This document shows positions 46,613 to 60,274 of a stretch of DNA of 64,000 nucleotides, piece by piece (position 1 is the stretch's first letter; each line of letters begins with the position of its first letter). Origin of the DNA: Eledone cirrhosa (lineage: Eukaryota). Position numbers and translations under genes: made by a program. The stretch is taken from positions 319,672,001 through 319,736,000 of the forward strand of contig OZ024743.1 in assembly GCA_964016885.1 (NCBI GenBank). Direction: 5' to 3'. Below the pieces are notes generated by a model. It was not told the DNA's origin. It did not search any database and worked only from the letters and a program-made list of their open reading frames with translations.

Positions 46613-46699
46613 AGGTCCGACGAGCTTTTGATTCCAGATTTGGACCAGATCGATACAGATCGAACCTTGAGCTGATCAATAGCGAAACGCGCGTTACCT
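46613..46699 (+). ncRNA. Type I hammerhead-like motif with CCGACGA core and long stem II insert
   Basis: aggt CCGACGA gcttttgat...atcaatagc GAAAC gcgc GTT acct, inside a (TA)n-bounded insert at 46280-46825. Confidence 0.65.
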
Positions 46700-46858
46700 A
46701 CCAATAAACGTAATGAAGGCTTAACAACTCGTCCTTGTATTACCATATTACACTGTGTCTACCTCTACACCTCACTACTGACGTGAGCCTAAACATCGAG
46801 TGCTCACCTGGGGGAACCTACAGTATATATATGTATGTATATGTATATATATATAATC

Positions 46859-46917
<59 letters not shown>

Positions 46918-46918
<1 letters not shown>

Positions 46919-47479
46919 TAGCAGTGGTACCCGACGTTGCACGGGATAAGGTATTTTGAAACGCGGGCCGCCAACAGACCTAATCGTGGAAAAACAAAAA
47001 CTGCATGCCTGGACAATATGCAAAGAAAATAAACAGAATACTCTGATGGCTGGATAATCTAAGATTTTCCTCGATGAAGCAGGAAAAAGGCAGGTTTACA
47101 CCTAATGAGTGCACAATATGCTTTGAAATTTCAGGAAAATCGGCTAGACGTAACGGCTCAAAAAAGCCATAAAAAGCTGGAAAAAAGTTAATGTTCTTTG
47201 CTATATACATATATAGATTAAAATAACAGATTAAAGTTTAAGCAAAGAATCGTTGCTTTCACCCTTAACGGGATCTTCTGAAACTAAAAACATCAATCTG
47301 TGAACGCAGAAGTAAATATTTCGAAAAACGTTGCAACCGAAGGAAAACAGGAAGACGATATTTTGGTTCGTGAAGACGTTGCCTAGCAATGAACGGATAG
47401 TAGCGAACATAATACGCCATCAATGTTCGTCAGAATGTCGTAATGCAGACAGCCAGGCATACCGACAGATATTATAAGA
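46918..47479 (-). mobile_element. Non-autonomous Helitron
   Basis: Minus strand ends cccgtgcaacgtcggg-taccactg-CTAG followed by T; putative 5' end TCTTATAATATCTG. Confidence 0.72.
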
Positions 47480-47481
47480 GC

Positions 47482-48003
47482 GTGATTTTCAGCAAACAGG
47501 TGGAGTACTTAGCTTTGATAAGTACCAAAAAGTACGAAAGAGAGCTCTGTCAACTTTATCTCTCCCCTTGCTTGCTGAAAATTTAAAGTAAGTGAGACTG
47601 TCACTACTCTAAAACAATAGCGTAAGGTCTTCGAAATGCTTTTAATTAAGCATACAGTGTATTGAAAAATACACTATATATACATTCATATATATATCGC
47701 TATTTCAGAGCACCAATTCTAATTTTAAATTTCTGCTTGACTGGCAACTGCTCTGTATAATCAGTTCCTAATTATTATTAGAATTATATATGAATCAAAC
47801 ATTCATGATTTTCAGCAAACGGGTGGAGTACTTAGCTTTGATAAGTACCAAAAAGTACGAAACAGAGCTCTGTCAGCTTTATCTCTCCCTTTGCTTGCCG
47901 AAAATTTAAAGTGAGACTGTCACTACTCTAAAACAATAGCGTAAGGTCTTCGAAATGCTTTTAATTAAGCATACAGTGTATTGCAAAATACACTATATAT
48001 ACA

Positions 48004-48008
<5 letters not shown>
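47482..48008 (+). mobile_element. ~323-bp tandem unit (about 1.6 copies) with U3-A8 hammerheads; retrozyme-like
   Basis: HHRs at 47511-47555 (GAAAG, damaged) and 47834-47878 (intact): agct TTGATAA gtac-caaaaa-gtac GAAAC agagctct GTC agct. Ends in (TA)n. Confidence 0.82.
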
Positions 48009-48069
<61 letters not shown>

Positions 48070-48807
48070 TAGTAACGCAATAATTAGTTCACCATACCGA
48101 GAACAATTGTTTCACCTTATGCGGATCTTCAGCTCGGACTGGTCATGGTTATGCGGAACAGGAAGAACAACCGTATGAACGCGCATACGCAGGAACAGTC
48201 ACTTCACCCAAGGCATACAAAAACCACGGGTGAAAGGTGTAAGGGAGATAAATGCGAAAGTCCGGAAAATATGTTCGAGTTGATTAGAAAATTAGAATGT
48301 TGTTGTTATTCAATCCGGAGCTTTATAGTTATGCAAGAGGTGCTTGCAGACATGTGGACAACGTGAGAAGAATTCATTTTTTGAATTTAGGCAATCGCTA
48401 TTGCGTAATCACCTTAGAATATTTATCCTTTCTTCAACACACAGACGACAAGACGGATTGCCCTTTGCGTATGGCTTGGATTTAGTGATACATTTCCATT
48501 GAATGGAGTAGTCTATACCCGAGTCCTTGAGGGACTATATATGGCTCGCGAGTTTCGTAAATGATCGTTTGTCCGGTTTCCTAATGGTCGATTAATGGTT
48601 CAAACACGCGCTTATACGTAATAGTACGTAAACGTATACATTCTCACATAAGTGTATGTGCGGCTACGTGGAAATACGAACACACACATATATACGCGTG
48701 GTCTTTAGCTCACACAGGCGCACACACAGGCGCACACTCACACATGCACTCAATAATAACGTAAAATCTATATACACACACATGTATATCTCTCCATACT
48801 CATATAC

Positions 48808-48850
<43 letters not shown>

Positions 48851-49184
48851 CACACATATACACATATATATGCACGCAAACACACATATATAAATATGAA
48901 TACATACAAACATACACATACATACATACACAAAAGTCTCTGTACATACACGCACGTATATTGGGAGGTAGTTCAGGGACAGATATAAATAAAAAAGATT
49001 AAAAAAATTTCAAAAAATATATAAGAAAATAAAAATAAGATAAAAATAAAAATTAAGCCATAAATGGACGTGTTGACAACGAAAGGTGTGTTATGTAGCG
49101 GGGGGGGGGGATAATTAAATAATAAAATATAACTACAAACGGAAAAGTAAACAAATACACACGATGTGTGTATATATATATATA

Positions 49185-49713
49185 TTGAGTATATGTTAGT
49201 TGTTTACCGACACCTCATTATGCTGATTGGAGCACTCGACGAAGTATGCAGGTTGGTTTGTTTACTCCGGAGTAATGTAAAATAATTAAGTCAAATATGT
49301 AAAATTTGGCTTCGTTTATTATAAATATACTGCCCTATATATTTCGGTGACAGCTATCATTGGCTGTGACCTCTTCAGGCAGTCCGAATTGATGTGGAAA
49401 AGACAGGTACACATGTTGTTGAAGTGTGTTTTACACCGTCAATACATCGATATATCTGGTTGTGTTGTTATTCCTCTGAGGAACTGGAGGATATGATTCC
49501 AGTTCCTCGGAGGAATAACAACACAACCAGATATATCGATGTATTGACGGAGTAAAACACACTTCAACAACATGTGTACCTGTCTTTTCCACACCAATTC
49601 GGACTGCCAGAAGAGATCAACGCCAATGATGGCTGTCACGGAAATATATATAGCAGTATATCTATAATTTATAATAAACGAAGCCAAATTTTACTTATTT
49701 TACTTAATTATTT

Positions 49714-49715
<2 letters not shown>
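49185..49715. repeat. Fold-back with hammerheads (arms ~49277-49488 and 49498-49715)
   Basis: Minus 49329-49383: actgc CTGAAGA ggtcacagc..gctgtcacc GAAA tatata gg gcagt. Plus 49603-49657 has CAGAAGA but an intact AUA site. Confidence 0.82.
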
Positions 49716-49771
<56 letters not shown>

Positions 49772-49853
49772 CAAACACACACACATATATATATATAAAT
49801 ATAAATGTATACATATACATACATATATATATACACATATGCATATATATATA

Positions 49854-49942
<89 letters not shown>

Positions 49943-50070
49943 GAACAAGTATGACCCCGACGGCAGAGCTCAAGCCGTTCCGACGGCTATTTCTGGACTA
50001 AATAAGAATTTTTAGCCTGGTAAATAAATAGCCGAACTATATATATGTATATGTGTGTGTATGTGTGTGT

Positions 50071-50253
<183 letters not shown>

Positions 50254-50337
50254 TGTGTGTGTGTCTGATGGTAGCTAAGATGCTTCCATAGGTGGTATGC
50301 CGGTTGAGCACTCTATGTTCTTACAGAGCAGAGTATG

Positions 50338-50545
50338 ATAGAACAGAAAACGAATAATCAGATGCATCTGAACTCAATTTATCGTGTGTTTCATTGTTTC
50401 CCTGGCGAACAGCTCGAGACGCGATCATGCGGGTCCAGAATCAGACAGATCCACAGAATGATCGCGTCTCGAGCTATCCGTCGAGTAAACAATTGTAACA
50501 CAATAAATTGAGGTCAGATGCATCACTGATTTTTGCTTTTCTATT
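50338..50545. repeat. Old imperfect inverted repeat (arms ~50338-50428 and ~50458-50545)
   Basis: Perfect core agctcgagacgcgatcat/atgatcgcgtctcgagct with diverged outer arms. Confidence 0.75.
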
Positions 50546-50596
50546 ATATATATATATATACCCACCCACACAATATACGCATACATATACACACAC

Positions 50597-50664
<68 letters not shown>

Positions 50665-50774
50665 CATTAGAACATAACACACGTACATGCGCACACACAC
50701 ACACGCGCGCACACACGCAATAATGAATCAACACACGCATATATATATACATATATACATAAATCCATACACAT

Positions 50775-50817
<43 letters not shown>

Positions 50818-51016
50818 TATACATATATATACATATATACACACACAAACACATGCATGTATACATACATGTGCGTGTGAGTGTATAAACATAGGCAGAC
50901 AAACTATATATACACACACACTCGCAGGTAGGAGTATAAAAATGGGTTACCAAAAAGTGAAACGATATACTCACAGATCCACGCGCAAAATTAGATAAAC
51001 AAATAGTATTATATTA

Positions 51017-51202
51017 TGGTGAATTGGCAGTATCGGTAGAGGGTTGGACGCCATGCTTTCTAGCATAGTTACGTCCCTTTACAGTCTGAGTTCAAATCCC
51101 GCCGAGGCTAACTTTGCCTTTCATCCTTACGGGGTCGATAAAATAAAGTACCAGTAATGTACTGGGTATTTGCTGGCCTTGTGCCTAAAGTAGAAACAAT
51201 TA
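51017..51202 (+). mobile_element. tRNA-derived SINE (family 1)
   Basis: tggtgaattggcag...gagttcaaatcccgccgagg...gctggccttgtgcc. Confidence 0.85.
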
Positions 51203-51221
51203 TATAAATACACATACATAC

Positions 51222-51828
51222 ATATGAATGTATATATATAGTGTATTTTGCAATACACTGTATGCTTTATTAAAAGCATTTCGAAGACCTTACGCTATTG
51301 CTTTAGAGTAGTGACAGTCTCACTTACGAAACAGAGCTCTGTCAGCTTTATCTCCCCCGTTTGCTGAAAATTAAAGTAAGTGTGACTGTCACTACTCTAA
51401 AACAATAGCGTAGGGTCTTCGAAATGCTTTTAATTAAGCATACAGTGTATTGCAACATACATTATATATACATTCATATATATATCGGTATTTCAAAGCA
51501 CCAATTCTAATTTTCAATTTCTGTTTGACCGGCAACCGCTCTGTATAATCAGTTCCTGATTATTACTAGAATTCTATAAGAATCAAACATTCATGATTTT
51601 CAGCAAACAGGCGGAGCACTTAGCTTTGATAAGTACCAAAAAGTACGAAACAGAGCTCTGTCAGCTTTATCTCCCCTGTTTGCTGAAAATTAAAGTAAGT
51701 GAGACTGTCACTACTCTAAAACAATAGCGTAAGGTCTTCGAAAGGCTTTTAATTAAGCATACAGTGTATTGCAAAATACACTATATATATATTCATATAT
51801 ATATCGCTATTTCATAGCACCAATTCTA
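51222..51828. mobile_element. Second insertion of the ~320-bp HHR family: inverted arm 51222-51327 plus ~1.6 tandem units on +
   Basis: Half HHR at 51325-51347 and intact HHR at 51622-51666; predicted cleavage sites 319 nt apart. Confidence 0.82.
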
Positions 51829-51875
<47 letters not shown>

Positions 51876-51880
51876 AAATG

Positions 51881-51926
<46 letters not shown>

Positions 51927-52558
51927 TATATATGTATAATTACAAATATATGTGTATGTACACATATGCCTGCCTGCACATGCGGCCACATACAACCATA
52001 TGTGAGTACACTTAAAAACCTAGTGGGTATGTAAGGACAGGAGGGAGTATAACTGAAATCAAATAATATTTAAAAAGTTTTGATGAACAGGTGAGGGAGA
52101 AAAGGGGTGTATAAATTGTGGTAGAGAGTAAGTGTTTGTGAAGAGATCTGGATAAGCGTATATAGTTATAAAGTGATCTGGGTAAAGGTAAAGTACAGGA
52201 TGAAGGTGGTGAGTGTGTATGTGTTAAAAGTTTGGTAGAAAATAGGGGGGGGGGGTATAAATCAAATGAAAAAAATAGATAAACATGAGGGAGAAAAAAT
52301 GTATATATTAGTAGAAAGTATGTGTTTATATGAAAACTGGGTAAGAAGTAGTATTCATAAGCTGATGATATTGGTAGTGAGTGAAGGCGTAATATGTAAA
52401 GAGCAAGCCCAGGGTGGTTAAGTAATCGTTGGTGTGTTAATCCAGCTATGTATATAGAATCATATGTATATATATATATACATATATATATATATGCATA
52501 TATAATGTGTATATATATATAATCATGTAAATATATATATATATATATACATATAAAC

Positions 52559-52653
<95 letters not shown>

Positions 52654-53392
52654 AATGGAAAAAATTAAATTTCATTTCTCACTCTTAGTACAGCTGATAC
52701 TTAAATATAAGTATGTATACGTACATACATATATGTATACAGACGTACAATAGTATGTATATATATACATACATGCACACATATATATATATGTACGTAT
52801 GGGTTTACCGAACATTTATTATAATGCTCGGTTTGTTTGTAAACAAACAGCCCGAATTATTAGCCGTACAGTGTTAAGCAATCATCGTTGCCATTTTGTT
52901 CAACACTGACAAAGGAACGATGAACTAGTTTCTAGCTTATTAGCTGTCATCACCACCGTATACCTTCCTGTCAGTTGAAATGATTTTATAATGTAAATAT
53001 CCTATTTAAATAAAATAATTCGGCTAAAAAATGATCTTATTATATATATTGATGGTGAGATATGGATGTATTTTAATATATATTTTAAATGCATGTTTAA
53101 TAATTATTTAAATTTGTTTTAAAGATAAAATAATTTTTTGAAGTTGTAACAAAATACTTAAGGAATATATTACTTAAACTAAAATTATAATCTATAAAGA
53201 GTTAAATTAAATTATATAAATTTTTAATTCAACCAATTATGTGACAGCTATAAAAAGTAATGTATATTGACTAATTTTGATATAATATATAAGTATAATT
53301 AGCTTAACCATAATCAAACACAAGAGATATTCAATGGTTTATGGTAATTGATTGGTTGCCTCAATTGACCTAATATTTGAAAACAACGGTTT

Positions 53393-55145
53393 TATAACAG
53401 AACGCTGGGTTGTATGAATATAACAGGAGACTCAGTTGTGTGTATAAAGTTTAATTAACAAGTTGAAGTTATGTAGAATAGAATAGTTGACATATCCATG
53501 GGTAGACGAAAGAATGAAGTAAAGTTATTTGTTACCGTTTTGAAGTGAGCTCGCAAGAGACCATGTTAGGGTTGCCAGAGAGTAGAGCCTCGGCGAACAA
53601 GCCTGGCCGAAGGGCCAAGCAGGTAGAAGAGAGTGAGATAGCCCTGAGCCCTCCCTTTTATATGGTCACTGGAAGAAGTGACCACAACGGGAAGTAACTC
53701 CAGCTACCTCCTGCCTAGAGAGCGTTACTCTACTGGTGATGTGGTCGTCACAACAAGGGATGTAACTCTTGCCACATTATCTCCCGCCAGATTTTTAAAA
53801 CATAAAAATCGAATGAACCATGTATGAAGTAAGATGGCGAGCATGTTGTAAAACCAAAGTCCAGGCATGAAAATTACGAAAAAAATAATGTTTGCAACAA
53901 AAGCAAAACAGCAAAATATAAGCATGCAAAAATCAATGATAGATGTCAAGGTAGCCAAATGCTCTTGGCCAGAGAACGACCGGACATCTATCTATCCATC
54001 ACTCAAATATACAATGTAATCAAACAAAAAGAAGAGGTCAAAAGAGCAAAGAAACGTGCTCGAACACAGTTATTAAAGAAAAAAAAATTCAAATGTTCAA
54101 AAATAAAGTTCACAGGTATGCAATCACATGACAGCAGGAAAGAAAGTGAGTCCTCCAGAGAATGTATGCAGGTGGTACAGCGTGAAATTCGGTGTGATTT
54201 TCTCACAGGAAGAGTGCTGCAAAAATAAATTCTGTTTTGTTCTGCTGGTTTTGGTTGTTGATGTTGTTGTCTCGCGGAGTGAACGTATTCGATGTTGTTT
54301 CGGTTCACGGTGAAATTTTTCCCAGAAAAAATGAGTTGCGCAAAGTGCTAGAAATAACAGCCAAAGTTGATGGTCGATGTTGATAATGCGTTGACCTGGA
54401 AGGGTCAAGAGGCCAGCGACCAAAGAAATAAGCATTCTGAATAAATGCGCAGTTTTCAACGGCAAATTTACGTGGTAAATTTTTAAACCGGCAAATAGCA
54501 GAATATAGCTTAAGGCTGGAGAATCCTTGGTAAGAAACATTATCTATGGCGTGTGTTATCTCAGTGAGTCGAGATGTGTGCTGCCCACACGTGCCGAAAC
54601 TAGGTTAAAGTCAAGTTGAAAAAAAAATATTTCTATTGCGCGAGAAAATGGCGCGAAAATGATAGTGCAACATGTCGTTGGCAGCCATTTTGAAAAATTT
54701 GTGTGTGAACGTGATAATATGATGAAATAGAAAGAAAGGCTTCACTTGGTATAACAAATATGGCGAGTTCAATTTTTTTGTGAACGATGAAAAATGCTTG
54801 GTGGAAAGAATAAGCAATAGTTGAGATTCAGCAAAAATAAATGTTCATGTTGAAATGTGTAAAAAAAAAAAATCAAATTTCCTTTTTTTTTAAAGTATTC
54901 GTTTCTGTGTCTGCGTATTTTCCCTAGTTTGTTAATAAAGTTTGCTGCGTATTCGAAATGTTGGTCGACACATTCCAATGAAAATGGGGTACAGCTAATT
55001 AATTTTTATATATATATTCACACAACACCAGATCCAATCATTTTTTTCTTTTTTCGGGGTCACCACTTATAACAGAACGCTGGGTTGTATGAATATAACA
55101 GGAGACTCAGTTGTGTGTATAAAGTTTAATTAACAAGTTGCTACA
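53393..55145 (-). mobile_element. Short non-autonomous Gypsy-like LTR element
   Basis: 5'LTR 55145-55068 (TGTAGCAA...GTTATA); PBS TGGTGACCCCGA at 55065-55054 (tRNA-Trp type); PPT-like GGCGGGAGATAA before the 3'LTR 53776-53393 (TGTGGCAA...GTTATA); TSD GTTT at 53389-53392 and 55146-55149. Confidence 0.8.
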
Positions 55146-55705
55146 GTTTTTTTCTATATATCCTAACATGTATTTTATGTTCCCTCTCTTTTGTCGTTAT
55201 TTCTCCTTTCTTCTTTTATTCATTTAAATATTTATGTATGTATTTATATATTTTTTATTATATATTCTCTTATTTTTTATTTTTTATTTCTTTCTTTTTT
55301 TTCTTTTTCTTTCCTTCCTCCTTTTTACACCCTCTCTTATATCTCTAATGTGCTCCATGTCCTTTTCTTCTTGATATTTATCATATTATTATTTGTGGTA
55401 TATAAATGTTGAGATTTGATGAAATAAATCACTGCCAATACTGTAATTGAAATATCAAGACCGTAGAATATGTCATATATCAAATCATATATTTTATTTG
55501 ACGAGGACGTACTGAAAAAACAACACAGTACCTTCGAAATATATATAATAAAGCATATATTTTGATTATGTGAATATCTTCATTTGTTAATATTTTGAAT
55601 AATATTAAAAACTCCAGGAAAATCAACTGTTGAGTGCTTTTAATCTATTGTAAAACTGTATTCATTGAGTAATCAATGAACCATATTAATCTTTTGTTAT
55701 ATAAC
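55146..55705 (+). repeat. PLE pLTR-like 3' end with degenerate hammerhead (55490-55553)
   Basis: tattttat TTGACGA ggacgtactg..cagtaccttc GAAA tatata TA ataaag; homologous to 59272-59530(-) and ends in (TA)n. Confidence 0.7.
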
Positions 55706-55819
55706 CATATGTATATATATATATATATATATATAATCACATGTATATATATATATATAATATGTATATATATATATATATATATAATATGTATATATAT
55801 ATATGTATATATATATACC

Positions 55820-55873
<54 letters not shown>

Positions 55874-55875
55874 CC

Positions 55876-55933
<58 letters not shown>

Positions 55934-56015
55934 CACATGTATATATATATATATAATATGTATATATATATGTATATATATAATATGTATATATATATAT
56001 GTATATATATATACC

Positions 56016-56096
<81 letters not shown>

Positions 56097-56100
<4 letters not shown>

Positions 56101-59100
56101 AAATAACGAAACGAAATTAAATTTCGTTTCGTTTGTAACTCACTTTTGTATGACTGACGCTTAAACAATTAAGTTAAAGATGTACATCCATATATGTATA
56201 CTGAAATACTAGTATGTATATGAATACACACACGTATACATATGTAGATGTACCAAGTTTTTTCACTGGTCACTTTACTGTGAGTGGCCAGCTATTCTGT
56301 ATGTAAACACACAGACAAACCGGTTTTTAGAGTCATACTGGTTTTTGAGGAAACACCTTTCCTCTATTCTCCAGAAAGCCAGACAAGGAATATTGAACTA
56401 GTTTCGTTGTTGTTACAACTCATCAGCAATATTTACCTATCTTCCGGCCTCTCTAGAGAATCGTAAAAGCACATATCGTTATATGCTTTTTCTATGAAAA
56501 TTAGTAGTGGGCAGACTAATTTGCATAGAGTGTGAGTAAGTACCGGTTCAACGGAGACGATAAAAACAAATAACGAAACGAAATTAAATTTCGTTTCGTT
56601 TGTAACTCACTTTTGTATGACTGACGCTTAAACAATTAAGTTAAAGATGTACATCCATATATGTATACTGAAATACTAGTATGTATATGAATACACACAC
56701 GTATACATATGTAGATGTACCAAGTTTTTTCACTGGTCACTTTACTGTGAGTGGCCAGCTATTCTGTATGTAAACACACAGACAAACCGGTTTTTAGAGT
56801 CATACTGGTTTTTGAGGAAACACCTTTCCTCTATTCTCCAGAAAGCCAGACAAGGAATATTGAACTAGTTTCGTTGTTGTTACAACTCATCAGCAATATT
56901 TACCTATCTTCCGGCCTCTCTAGAGAATCGTAAAAGCACATATCGTTATATGCTTTTTCTATGAAAATTAGTAGTGGGCAGACTAATTTGCATAGAGTGT
57001 GAGTAAGTACCGGTTCAACGGAGACGATAAAAACAAATAACGAAACGAAATTAAATTTCGTTTCGTTTGTAACTCACTTTTGTATGACTGACGCTTAAAC
57101 AATTAAGTTAAAGATGTACATCCATATATGTATACTGAAATACTAGTATGTATATGAATACACACACGTATACATATGTAGATGTACCAAGTTTTTTCAC
57201 TGGTCACTTTACTGTGAGTGGCCAGCTATTCTGTATGTAAACACACAGACAAACCGGAATAGCTGGCCACTCACAGTAAAGTGACCAGTGAAAAAACTTG
57301 GTACATCTACATATGTATACGTGTGTGTATTCATATACATACTAGTATTTCAGTATACATATATGGATGTACATCTTTAACTTAATTGTTTAAGCGTCAG
57401 TCATACAAAAGTGAGTTACAAACGAAACGAAATTTAATTTCGTTTCGTTATTTGTTTTTATCGTCTCCGTTGAACCGGTACTTACTCACACTCTATGCAA
57501 ATTAGTCTGCCCACTACTAATTTTCATAGAAAAAGCATATAACGATATGTGCTTTTACGATTCTCTAGAGAGGCCGGAAGATAGGTAAATATTGCTGATG
57601 AGTTGTAACAACAACGAAACTAGTTCAATATTCCTTGTCTGGCTTTCTGGAGAATAGAGGAAAGGTGTTTCCTCAAAAACCAGTATGACTCTAAAAACCG
57701 GTTTGTCTGTGTGTTTACATACAGAATAGCTGGCCACTCACAGTAAAGTGACCAGTGAAAAAACTTGGTACATCTACATATGTATACGTGTGTGTATTCA
57801 TATACATACTAGTATTTCAGTATACATATATGGATGTACATCTTTAACTTAATTGTTTAAGCGTCAGTCATACAAAAGTGAGTTACAAACGAAACGAAAT
57901 TTAATTTCGTTTCGTTATTTGTTTTTATCGTCTCCGTTGAACCGGTACTTACTCACACTCTATGCAAATTAGTCTGCCCACTACTAATTTTCATAGAAAA
58001 AGCATATAACGATATGTGCTTTTACGATTCTCTAGAGAGGCCGGAAGATAGGTAAATATTGCTGATGAGTTGTAACAACAACGAAACTAGTTCAATATTC
58101 CTTGTCTGGCTTTCTGGAGAATAGAGGAAAGGTGTTTCCTCAAAAACCAGTATGACTCTAAAAACCGGTTTGTCTGTGTGTTTACATACAGAATAGCTGG
58201 CCACTCACAGTAAAGTGACCAGTGAAAAAACTTGGTACATCTACATATGTATACGTGTGTGTATTCATATACATACTAGTATTTCAGTATACATATATGG
58301 ATGTACATCTTTAACTTAATTGTTTAAGCGTCAGTCATACAAAAGTGAGTTACAAACGAAACGAAATTTAATTTCGTTTCGTTATTTGTTTTTATCGTCT
58401 CCGTTGAACCGGTACTTACTCACACTCTATGCAAATTAGTCTGCCCACTACTAATTTTCATAGAAAAAGCATATAACGATATGTGCTTTTACGATTCTCT
58501 AGAGAGGCCGGAAGATAGGTAAATATTGCTGATGAGTTGTAACAACAACGAAACTAGTTCAATATTCCTTGTCTGGCTTTCTGGAGAATAGAGGAAAGGT
58601 GTTTCCTCAAAAACCAGTATGACTCTAAAAACCGGTTTGTCTGTGTGTTTACATACAGAATAGCTGGCCACTCACAGTAAAGTGACCAGTGAAAAAACTT
58701 GGTACATCTACATATGTATACGTGTGTGTATTCATATACATACTAGTATTTCAGTATACATATATGGATGTACATCTTTAACTTAATTGTTTAAGCGTCA
58801 GTCATACAAAAGTGAGTTACAAACGAAACGAAATTTAATTTCGTTTCGTTATTTGTTTTTATCGTCTCCGTTGAACCGGTACTTACTCACACTCTATGCA
58901 AATTAGTCTGCCCACTACTAATTTTCATAGAAAAAGCATATAACGATATGTGCTTTTACGATTCTCTAGAGAGGCCGGAAGATAGGTAAATATTGCTGAT
59001 GAGTTGTAACAACAACGAAACTAGTTCAATATTCCTTGTCTGGCTTTCTGGAGAATAGAGGAAAGGTGTTTCCTCAAAAACCAGTATGACTCTAAAAACC

Positions 59101-59260
59101 GGTTTGTCTGTGTGTTTACATACAGAATAGCTGGCCACTCACAGTAAAGTGACCAGTGAAAAAACTTGGTACATCTACATATGTATACGTGTGTGTATTC
59201 ATATACATACTAGTATTTCAGTATACATATATGGATGTACATCTTTAACTTAATTGTTTA
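56097..59260. mobile_element. 467-bp tandem array with central inversion and one hammerhead per unit; non-LTR retrozyme-like
   Basis: An identical 60-aa ORF recurs every 467 bp, twice on + and four times on -. Inversion near 57257; (TA)n at both ends. Confidence 0.92.
57588..57632 (+). ncRNA. Type I hammerhead ribozyme (also 58055-58099, 58522-58566 and 58989-59033 on +; 56389-56433 and 56856-56900 on -)
   Basis: aatattg CTGATGA gttg-taacaa-caac GAAAC ta GTT caatatt: canonical core, 7-bp stem I, 4-bp stem II, palindromic AACTAGTT stem III, GUU site. Confidence 0.92.
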
Positions 59261-59413
59261 TATATATATATTTAAGAGTTAAACAAGATTCAATGAGTAC
59301 ATCAAAGAATGACTTTTACAATAGATTGGAAGCACGCTATAGAAAACTATTTTCCAGAGTTATTAATATTAATTCCAAATATTAACAAAACAGATATTCT
59401 TGTGATCAATTAA

Positions 59414-59478
59414 ATTTTATTATACATATTTCAGAGGTACTGAATTAAGTTCAACAGTACGTCCTCATCAGATAAAAT
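59414..59478 (-). ncRNA. Type I hammerhead ribozyme in the PLE pLTR
   Basis: attttat CTGATGA ggacgtactg..cagtacctct GAAA tatgta TA ataaaat. Confidence 0.8.
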
Positions 59479-60274
59479 AAAATGATACATGACATACCCT
59501 GACATGGTAGATAGTTAAGATTTAATCAAAGTAGTGATTATATTATGAGAAAACTCTATTCATACCCTAATATTGAGAATATGAAAGAACGTAATACAAT
59601 CAATAGAGAGAGTGTGTGAGTAATATATTTTAAGAAATACATGGTATCAATGTAACAGTTATAGAAAAAAAAATACTAGAAAAATACGCGGGAGAAGAAA
59701 GCATATAGGAAGACGTATCTGATGTTATAACTTATTTAGTATTTAGCTTAAGGAGACAAGTGAAAGATAAATTAAGAGAGAGAGAGACAAAGGAGAGTAA
59801 TTTATGCTCAAGTTACTACCTACACATATTCATATAATTATAATATAATTATGTTAAATTTCTGAAATTCAAATTTTATGAAGACGACATTAAAGGATTT
59901 ACAAAACCCGCGGAAGAAAGAAAAATATACATGTAATGTTCGATATCCCACAAAGGTAATCTTTACCAAAAATGACTTATAATATTGACAACAGTTTCTA
60001 TAATATAATTTATGAGATATTTACAGTTATAACTATTAAGGAATTTATTGTAAAATAGTTAGAGTGCCTAAAGTATTAACAGGTCCTATAATTAAACTTA
60101 AAGAGGTCAGAGTTTTCAGCCATACATATATGTGTGTATTGATTATAATATACCAAGACTACAATTTATTATTTGTTCATATATTGTATTAAGTAAATTA
60201 TTATATAAGTTCGACCTTCCAGGGAAAACGAAACATTTATAATAATGTCATTTGATTGTTTTAATTATTTATAT

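Noticed and set aside
48530-48600. GAAAC-TCGCGA-GCC on the minus strand as a hammerhead half
   Set aside because: No CUGANGA-like box, stem I or valid cleavage triplet found.
56284-59138. Repeated 60-aa ORF MASYSVCKH...
   Set aside because: GTG start, antisense to the ribozyme strand and no recognisable motif; its recurrence only reflects the 467-bp repeat.
56097-59260. CRISPR-like array
   Set aside because: The units are identical end to end with no unique spacers, there are no cas genes, and the context is eukaryotic.
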